A stretch of 64,000 nucleotides of DNA from Burkholderiales bacterium. Its GTDB lineage: Bacteria > Pseudomonadota > Gammaproteobacteria > Burkholderiales > SG8-39. Where the stretch lies: the NCBI GenBank assembly GCA_014860355.1, contig JACZJV010000050.1, positions 14,733 through 78,732 on the forward strand, written 5' to 3'. The position numbers and the translations under genes are program-made. The notes beneath the pieces are model-generated. The model was not told the origin of the DNA. It made no database searches and saw only the letters and a program-made list of their open reading frames with translations. Below, one piece after another: positions 54,978-61,612 of the stretch; position 1 is the first letter of the stretch, and every line of letters begins with the position of its first letter.

Positions 54978-55847
54978 GTGAGCTTTGAGCTCGACCGCAT
55001 AGGCTTGATACATTCCAACGGCCAGGCGCAGGGTCAACGGGCTTTGCGTGCGGTGTCGATCAGCGCCGCGCGCGGCGAGCGCCTGGCGATCATCGGCCCT
55101 TCCGGTGCGGGCAAGACTACGCTGCTGCGCATACTCGCCACTTCGATCCGTCCTACCGAGGGACGCGTCAGCGTGCTCGGTACGAATCCCTGGCAGCTTA
55201 GCAGCAGAGAGCTCAGGCGCCTGCGCAGCGGCGTCGGATTCATCCACCAGGCGCCGCCGATACCGCCGCGCCAGCGCGTGATTACCGCAGTGATCGCCGG
55301 GCGCCTGGGCCAGTGGCCCTGGTGGAAATCGGCGCTGTCGCTGATCTACCCGGCCGACATCGCCGGTCCGCGCGAGCAACTGGCGCGCCTGGATCTCGCC
55401 GACCGCCTGTTCGATCGCTGCGACCGGCTCTCCGGCGGGCAGCTGCAGCGCGTCGGAGTGGCGCGCGTGTTGTACCAGCGCCCGGATTTGCTGCTGGCGG
55501 ACGAACCGGTTTCGGCCATGGATCCTGCGCTCGCCGATCTCACCGTGGGCCAGCTGCACGCCGAAGCGCAAAGCCGCGGGGTCACGCTGGTCGCCAGTCT
55601 GCACGCGGTGGACATAGCGCTGCGCTGGTTCCCGCGCGTGATCGGACTCAAAGCGGGTGAGCTCGTATTCGACCTGCCGCCTGCGAAGGTGAGCGAGAGC
55701 GTGCTGCGCGACCTCTATGCCTCCGAAACCGGCGTGTTGCCCTCGCAGGACAATCAGCCGTTCCATGCGTCGTTCGAGGGATATGCCACGGACGACACCC
55801 CGGGCGGCAGCGGGCAGGTCCCGCTCGCGCCGCCGCGCGTGATTTGA
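54978..55847 (+). CDS. phnC: phosphonate-type ABC transporter ATP-binding protein
   Basis: GTG start. Walker A GPSGAGKTT, signature LSGGQLQRV, Walker B LLLADEP. Confidence 0.9.
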   Translation: MSFELDRIGLIHSNGQAQGQRALRAVSISAARGERLAIIGPSGAGKTTLLRILATSIRPTEGRVSVLGTNPWQLSSRELRRLRSGVGFIHQAPPIPPRQRVITAVIAGRLGQWPWWKSALSLIYPADIAGPREQLARLDLADRLFDRCDRLSGGQLQRVGVARVLYQRPDLLLADEPVSAMDPALADLTVGQLHAEAQSRGVTLVASLHAVDIALRWFPRVIGLKAGELVFDLPPAKVSESVLRDLYASETGVLPSQDNQPFHASFEGYATDDTPGGSGQVPLAPPRVI

Positions 55848-55859
55848 TTCCCTTGCGCC

Positions 55860-56696
55860 ATGTCATCTGGTTTGCAACCCCCGCAGCTGCGTGATCCGGA
55901 TGCACCCAGGCGGGCTGGCTGGGTGCTGCTTGCGCTGCTGGTGTTGTGGCCGCTCATGCAGATCGCCGAATTCCGTCCGTCCGACTTGTTCGACGCGCGC
56001 AACCTCGAGGTGATGGGCGGCTTCCTCGGGCAGTTCTTTCCGCCGAATATGAGCGGCGATTTTCTCGCCTACGCGCTCAAGGCGACCATAGAGACGCTGG
56101 CGATGGCGACCGCCGGCATCGCGCTCGCGATGTTGCTCGCGCTGCCGCTGGGCCTGGTGCTCACGCACAGCCTCTCGGTTTCGCGCATCGGCCCCGGGTC
56201 GGGTCGCGGCGCGGGCGAGGCGGTGCGTGCGGCCGCGCGCGCGACGCTGCTGATACTGCGCGGCATACCCGAACTGGTCTGGGCCCTGCTGCTGGTGCGC
56301 GCTTTCGGGCTGGGGCCGGCCGCTGGTGTGCTGGCCATCGCGCTCACCTACGGCGGTATGCTGGGGAAGGTCTATTCCGAGATACTGGAATCCGGCGATA
56401 CGCGCCCCGCGCGCGTGCTGCTCGAATCCGGCAGCGGCCGCCTGATGGCGTTCTTTTACGGACTGTTGCCGGGGGCCGGACAGGAGCTGGCTTCCTACAC
56501 CATCTATCGCTGGGAGTGCGCGGTGCGTGCTTCGGTGATCATGGGCTTTGTCGGCGCCGGCGGCCTCGGGCAGTTGATGGACCAGTCGATGAAAATGCTC
56601 AACGGCGGCGAGGTCTCGACCATCCTGATCATATTCCTGCTGCTGGTGCTGCTCGCCGACGCGCTCAGCGTTTTTCTGAGGAAGCTGCTCGCATGA
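55860..56696 (+). CDS. phnE: PhnE-type ABC transporter permease
   Basis: 278 aa, 6 TM segments, PhnE-like IPELVWALLLV segment. Confidence 0.85.
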   Translation: MSSGLQPPQLRDPDAPRRAGWVLLALLVLWPLMQIAEFRPSDLFDARNLEVMGGFLGQFFPPNMSGDFLAYALKATIETLAMATAGIALAMLLALPLGLVLTHSLSVSRIGPGSGRGAGEAVRAAARATLLILRGIPELVWALLLVRAFGLGPAAGVLAIALTYGGMLGKVYSEILESGDTRPARVLLESGSGRLMAFFYGLLPGAGQELASYTIYRWECAVRASVIMGFVGAGGLGQLMDQSMKMLNGGEVSTILIIFLLLVLLADALSVFLRKLLA

Positions 56697-56724
56697 GCAC
56701 GGCAGCTCGCCTCGAGCTGAGCCC

Positions 56725-57537
56725 GTGAGCACCGCGACTTTTGCCGAGCGGCGCGCGGCCATGGGCTTTTGCCTGCAGTGCTGGCTGACGCTGTTGCTGC
56801 TGGCCTTGCTCGTCTGGGCCAGCTTCGCCTATCTGGCGCTGGATTTGTCGCGCTTGTTCAGCCTGGAATCGGGCCGCGGCATGCTGCAGTTCATCCTGCG
56901 CTTTTTTCCGCCCGATACCAGCGCGCAGTTCCTGCGCAAGATCGCCGGGGCCACGCTCGAAACCCTGGCCATATCCGCGATCGGCACGCTGCTCGCCGCG
57001 GGCGCCGGACTGCTGCTGGCGCTGCCGGCGGCGGGTCGTCTGGGTCCGGTGTTCAAAGCGCTGACCCGCTTTCTCCTCAACGCCCTGCGCTCGGTGCCCG
57101 AACTCGTGTGGGCGGCATTGATGGTGCTGGCTGCAGGGCTGGGGCCTTTCGCCGGCACGCTCGCCCTGGCATTGCACACCTCGGGGGTGCTGGGGCGACT
57201 CTACGCGGAGAGCCTGGAAAATGCGCCGCCCGAGCCGGCACAGTCTCTGGTGGAAAGCGGTGCGCCGCCGGCGCTGGCCTTCGGCTACGCCACGCTGCCC
57301 TTGATCGCGCCGCAGCTGCTCTCCTACAGCCTGTACCGCTGGGAGATGAACATCCGCATGGCCACGGTGCTGGGCTTCGTCGGCGCCGGCGGCCTGGGGC
57401 AGATGCTCTACTACGAGCTGTCGCTGCTGCACGAAGCGCAGGCCTCGAGCGTCATCTTCGCCATGCTCGCATTGGTGGTGTTCGTCGACGCGGCGAGCGC
57501 CTGGGTGCGCCGCCGCCAGATGCGCGCGGGCGGATGA
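56725..57537 (+). CDS. phnE: PhnE-type ABC transporter permease (second)
   Basis: GTG 56725 (ATG 56761 is the alternative). Paralogous to the preceding permease (VPELVWAALMVL). Confidence 0.8.
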   Translation: MSTATFAERRAAMGFCLQCWLTLLLLALLVWASFAYLALDLSRLFSLESGRGMLQFILRFFPPDTSAQFLRKIAGATLETLAISAIGTLLAAGAGLLLALPAAGRLGPVFKALTRFLLNALRSVPELVWAALMVLAAGLGPFAGTLALALHTSGVLGRLYAESLENAPPEPAQSLVESGAPPALAFGYATLPLIAPQLLSYSLYRWEMNIRMATVLGFVGAGGLGQMLYYELSLLHEAQASSVIFAMLALVVFVDAASAWVRRRQMRAGG

Positions 57538-57555
57538 GGCCGCGGCGGTCCAGCG

Positions 57556-58776
57556 CTAATCCGCGAGGCGGGTCGGGATGCTGATTTCGGCGTGCAGCGT
57601 TCGATGTACCGGACACTTATTGGAGATCTCCAGCAGCTTGGCGCGCTGCTCCTCGCTCAAGGGGCCTTCCAGCCGTATCAGCCGCTCGATGCGGTCGACC
57701 TTGCCCTCCCTGGTTTCGCATTCCGCGCAATCTGCCGCGTGAATTTTGTCGTGTCTTAGCTCGACAGTGGCGCGCTCCAGCGGATAGCCCTTGAGATCGG
57801 CATACATGCGCATGGTCATCGAGGTGCACGCGCCGAGACCGGCGAGGAGCAGGTCGTAGGGCGAAAGTCCGCTGTCCAGGCCGCCGGCCGCGACCGGCTC
57901 GTCCGCGCGGATCACATGCTGCCCGACGAGCACGCGCTGACTGAATTTGCCCTCGCGGGTTTCCTGCACCACCACCTTGCCGGGCACCGCAGACGCAGCG
58001 GTGGCCGCCGTGGCGCCGAGGTAGCGCATCGCCCAGGATGCCAGGATGCTGCCGGTGTACAGCGCGTCCTCGCGCCGCGACAGCATGTGGTCGGCCGGAT
58101 CGAGGGAAACAAAACTCTTCGGGTGTTTCGCCGTGGTAAAGATCCGCGTTGCATTGTCGATGCCGACTACGCTGTCGCGCGGCGTATGCATGACCAGCAG
58201 CGCCTTGCCCATGTGCGCGAGTTTGTCGCCGAGCTTGCTGCCCGAGATGTCGTCCAGGAACTGCCTGCGTATGCGAAAGGGACGCTCGCCGATGTCGACT
58301 TCGGCCTCGCCTTCGCGCTCGATCGCGGACTTGTCCTTGATCAGCTGCAGCACATGCGCCGGATCGATAGGCGAGCCTATGGTCGCCACCGCGACCGCTT
58401 CGGGCACGCGCGCCGCTGCGGCGAGGACCGCGGTGCCGCCGAGGCTGTGGCCGACCAGGAGTGCGGGCGCGCTATAGTGCTGGCGCAGGTAGTCTGCTGC
58501 AGACACCAGGTCCTCCAGGTTCGAAGAAAAATTCGTGCTGGCAAAATCCCCGCCGCTGCCGCCCAGACCGGTGAAGTCGAAGCGCAGCACCGCGATGCCG
58601 CGCTCGGCCAGCGCCGCACTGACGTAAGTCGCGGCCTTGCTTTCCTTGGAGCAGGTAAAGCAATGCGCGAACAGGGCGTAGGCGATCGGCGCCGCTGACG
58701 GCGGCAGGTCGAGGCGCGCGGCGAGCAGGGCGCCTATGGCGCCGGGAAAGGAAAGCGTAAGCGACTGTATGGTCAT
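57556..58776 (-). CDS. bifunctional alpha/beta hydrolase / OsmC family protein
   Basis: 406 aa. The N-terminal half has the nucleophile elbow GHSLGG. The C-terminal ~140 aa has OsmC-type Cys pairs (GLGACTSMT ... NKCPVH). Confidence 0.85.
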   Translation of the reverse strand: MTIQSLTLSFPGAIGALLAARLDLPPSAAPIAYALFAHCFTCSKESKAATYVSAALAERGIAVLRFDFTGLGGSGGDFASTNFSSNLEDLVSAADYLRQHYSAPALLVGHSLGGTAVLAAAARVPEAVAVATIGSPIDPAHVLQLIKDKSAIEREGEAEVDIGERPFRIRRQFLDDISGSKLGDKLAHMGKALLVMHTPRDSVVGIDNATRIFTTAKHPKSFVSLDPADHMLSRREDALYTGSILASWAMRYLGATAATAASAVPGKVVVQETREGKFSQRVLVGQHVIRADEPVAAGGLDSGLSPYDLLLAGLGACTSMTMRMYADLKGYPLERATVELRHDKIHAADCAECETREGKVDRIERLIRLEGPLSEEQRAKLLEISNKCPVHRTLHAEISIPTRLAD

Positions 58777-58819
58777 GCAGCCTCCTGGTTTTTGGTGCGT
58801 GCGCTAGAGCTATCGCCAG

Positions 58820-59794
58820 CTAGATCGCCGCGTGGCACAGCGCGAACCAGTCGTTCGCGTCGGTCCACGCCTGGATGCGGTCAAAGCCGGCGCGCGCCAG
58901 CAGCGTCTTGAAATCAGTCAGCGCGTACTTGTAGCTGTTCTCCGTATGGATGCGCTGGCCCTGGCGAAATGCGCGTGTGCCGCCGGGCCAGCGCACGCTG
59001 AGGTCGTGCCTGGCCTCCAGGTGCATTTCGATGCGCGAGGCTGCGGTGTTGAACTGCGCCCGGTGGCGCCAGTCGCGCACGGCGAAATCGCTGCCGATCA
59101 GCGCATTCACGTTGTTGAGCAGGTTCAGGTTGAATGCCGCGGTGACCCCGAGCGCGTCGTCGTAGGCAGTCTGCAACAGGGTTTCGGACTTGAGCAGATC
59201 GACGCCGATCAGCAGGCCGCCGCCATGGGGGCCTGCGCACTGCGCCCGTATGCCGGCAAGGAAAGCGAGCGCCTGCTCCGGCGTGAAGTTGCCGATCGAT
59301 GAGCCGGGGTAGAAGAACAGGCGCTTGTCGCGGCTGACCGCATCGGGCAGGCGCAGGCCCGAGGAGAAATCGGCGCCGATGCCGAGCATTTCCATCTGCG
59401 GAAACTCACGCTGCAGCTGCGACATCGACTGCCGCAGATAATCCACGGAGATGTCCACTGCGACATACTGGCTCGGCCGCAGCGCAGCAAACAGGCTGCG
59501 CGCCTTTTCGCAATTGCCCGCGCCGAGGTCGATCAGCGCCGGCGCGGGGCCGGCGGCGCGCGCCACGCTGTCGCGGCAGGCTAGGAGCAGCGCTTTTTCC
59601 GTGCGCGTCGGATAGTATTCGGGCAGTTCGGTAATGGCATCGAACAGGCGCGAGCCCAGCGCGCCATAGAGGTGCTTGAACGACACCCATGGCGCGTCTG
59701 CCATCAGTCCCGCCACGATCGCGGCGGCCTCCGCGCCCGGCGCAAGCGCATCGGCGGGAAACGAAAAGAATGTCGGGCCGGATTGCAGCGTCAT
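58820..59794 (-). CDS. egtD: L-histidine N(alpha)-methyltransferase (hercynine synthase)
   Basis: 324 aa. FDAITELPEYYPTRTE, DLGAGN, YDDALGVTAAFNLNLL, RIEMHLEA and ENSYKY blocks match mycobacterial EgtD as I recall it. Confidence 0.9.
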   Translation of the reverse strand: MTLQSGPTFFSFPADALAPGAEAAAIVAGLMADAPWVSFKHLYGALGSRLFDAITELPEYYPTRTEKALLLACRDSVARAAGPAPALIDLGAGNCEKARSLFAALRPSQYVAVDISVDYLRQSMSQLQREFPQMEMLGIGADFSSGLRLPDAVSRDKRLFFYPGSSIGNFTPEQALAFLAGIRAQCAGPHGGGLLIGVDLLKSETLLQTAYDDALGVTAAFNLNLLNNVNALIGSDFAVRDWRHRAQFNTAASRIEMHLEARHDLSVRWPGGTRAFRQGQRIHTENSYKYALTDFKTLLARAGFDRIQAWTDANDWFALCHAAI

Positions 59795-59862
59795 GGTTTT
59801 GACCTCGTTTCGATACGCATCGTTTGCCTCAGCAGCGGCAATAGTATCAACTGCGGCGGACG

Positions 59863-60825
59863 TTAGCGGTCCCGCTTCAAAGAACTGCCGTCTCCGGCAT
59901 GGAACACCGCGGTGTGCGGGTTGAACGCGTACCAGGCGAACCAGTAGCCGACCACCGCCGGAAGCTGCCGCCCATCGGCGGCGTGGGCCGTGGCGCGCGC
60001 AGCCTGGCGGTCGAAGCGGATGGTCAGCGCAGTGTCACCTATCCGGTCGGACACCACGCCGGTCGTTTTCCCCAATTCGACGAAGGGATACGCCTTGGTC
60101 TGTTCGCCTATCCTGATACCGAGCACCCGTTCCTTGGGATGAAAGCCCGCAGAGCGGAACGCCACCGGGAACATGATGTCCTCGCTGCTCTCATATCCGG
60201 CGTAGGGGTCGCGCGCGTAAGGTCGCGTCTGCCCGGTATTGGTAGTCAGAACCCCGGTCGCCGGGTGTAAGCTGCGCCAGTCGGCCCAGCTGGTATGGGT
60301 CAGCGGCAGCAGCTTCAGGCGCCGACCTTTCTTCGGGCCGCTGACCGCCTGCGCCAGCAACTGCGACCACAGCGACTGTGTCTGCCGGTCGTACAGCAGC
60401 ACGTCGCTGTTGTAGAGCAGTCCGGAGACGCCGAAGCTGAGCACCTGACCATCGACGCTGGCATCGAAGGCCGCGCCGGTGCCGCACAGCGGACAGAAAG
60501 TGATCACCACCGCCTCCGCGCCGAAACGGTCGTTGACCACTTCGTGCCAGTTGAGTATGCGCACCGGATAGGCGCGCGCGATGCCCTTGCGCACCATGCC
60601 GAGTACGGCGTCATCGTCGCGCAGGAAAGTCGCAAGCCCTGCCTCGGTGAATTCGGGCTGGTCGATCGCGGGTATGCCGTCCCTGGGCGGTCCGCCTGCG
60701 TGGATCTCGTCGCTGGCGATCAATGATCCCTGCAGGTCGAAGCCGTTCATCTGCTGCGCGTAGGAGAGGACCGGCGCGAGGCCGGCGAGCAGGGCGAAGT
60801 ATGATACCAGGCGTCGAAATCTCAT
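59863..60825 (-). CDS. secreted DUF3179 domain protein
   Basis: Internal ATG (MRFRRLVSYFALLAGLAPVLSYAQQ signal peptide). PRDGIPAIDQP, FCPLCGTG and LLYNSDVLLYDRQT motifs of DUF3179. Confidence 0.8.
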   Translation of the reverse strand: MRFRRLVSYFALLAGLAPVLSYAQQMNGFDLQGSLIASDEIHAGGPPRDGIPAIDQPEFTEAGLATFLRDDDAVLGMVRKGIARAYPVRILNWHEVVNDRFGAEAVVITFCPLCGTGAAFDASVDGQVLSFGVSGLLYNSDVLLYDRQTQSLWSQLLAQAVSGPKKGRRLKLLPLTHTSWADWRSLHPATGVLTTNTGQTRPYARDPYAGYESSEDIMFPVAFRSAGFHPKERVLGIRIGEQTKAYPFVELGKTTGVVSDRIGDTALTIRFDRQAARATAHAADGRQLPAVVGYWFAWYAFNPHTAVFHAGDGSSLKRDR

Positions 60826-60937
60826 TCGTCCTCCAGACACATGTCGGGTGCGGATCTGTTTGTCGCAACCAGGCTAGCGTTTCTTACGCCGACTGAGGGT
60901 GCAGGTAATCCGGACCCAGCCGGTTGATGCAATGGCC

Positions 60938-61612
60938 CTAGGTAGGCGGCCGGCGCAACCGGTCGCGCACGAGTTTCACCGCGAACGGGATCAGGGTAAT
61001 GGCACCCAGTGCCAGCACCGATATCATGATCTGATCGGACTCACCGGTGGCCATCTCGCCGCCGAAATGGGCCAGCAGAAAGCTCGCCGGTACGATGCCG
61101 ATGAGCGTCGCGAGCGCGAAGCGCCAGAACGAGAGCACCGTCAGGCCCGCGGCATAGCTCACAATATCGAAGGATATGAACGGCAGGAGACGGCTGACCA
61201 GCACGATACCCATGAGCGTGTTTTGCGATCCGAGCAGGCCCAAGGACAATCGCTCGCCGAACCAGCGCCGCATGGTGTCCCCGCCGAGCCAGCGTGCCAG
61301 GCCGAAGGCGGTGATCGCGCCGATCTCCGCGCCCACGAGCACATAAAGCGTGCCCCAGACATGGCCATACGCGGCGCCGGCAGCCATGGCGATGGGTGCA
61401 CTCGGAATCGGGCTCACCATGATTGCCAGCACCATCAGGCCGATCACCAGCAGCGGGCCCCATGCCCCCAGGCGCGCAATGTGATCGTGCAGTTCGGCCC
61501 GGTTCAGGATGGTCGCCAAGGCGCCGGTTTCGTGCAACAGCCAGTAGGTCGCTGCCAGCAGCGCCAGCAGCGCGAGTACGGCGAGCAGTTTGAACCGCAG
61601 CGACTGCGTCAC
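60938..61612 (-). CDS. TVP38/TMEM64 family (DedA-related) membrane protein
   Basis: GTG 61612 overlaps the SelD-fusion stop (GTGA). 224 aa, 5-6 TM segments, MVSPIPSAPIAMAAGAAYG core. The rest of the 758-aa track ORF is antisense to the SelD fusion gene. Confidence 0.75.
   Translation of the reverse strand: MTQSLRFKLLAVLALLALLAATYWLLHETGALATILNRAELHDHIARLGAWGPLLVIGLMVLAIMVSPIPSAPIAMAAGAAYGHVWGTLYVLVGAEIGAITAFGLARWLGGDTMRRWFGERLSLGLLGSQNTLMGIVLVSRLLPFISFDIVSYAAGLTVLSFWRFALATLIGIVPASFLLAHFGGEMATGESDQIMISVLALGAITLIPFAVKLVRDRLRRPPT

Noticed and set aside
54079-57537. Reading the phnDCEE genes as evidence of phosphonate catabolism.
   Set aside because: No C-P lyase, phosphonatase, PEP mutase or phosphite dehydrogenase gene lies in the window. 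The context is selenium and histidine-betaine chemistry, so only the transporter family is called.
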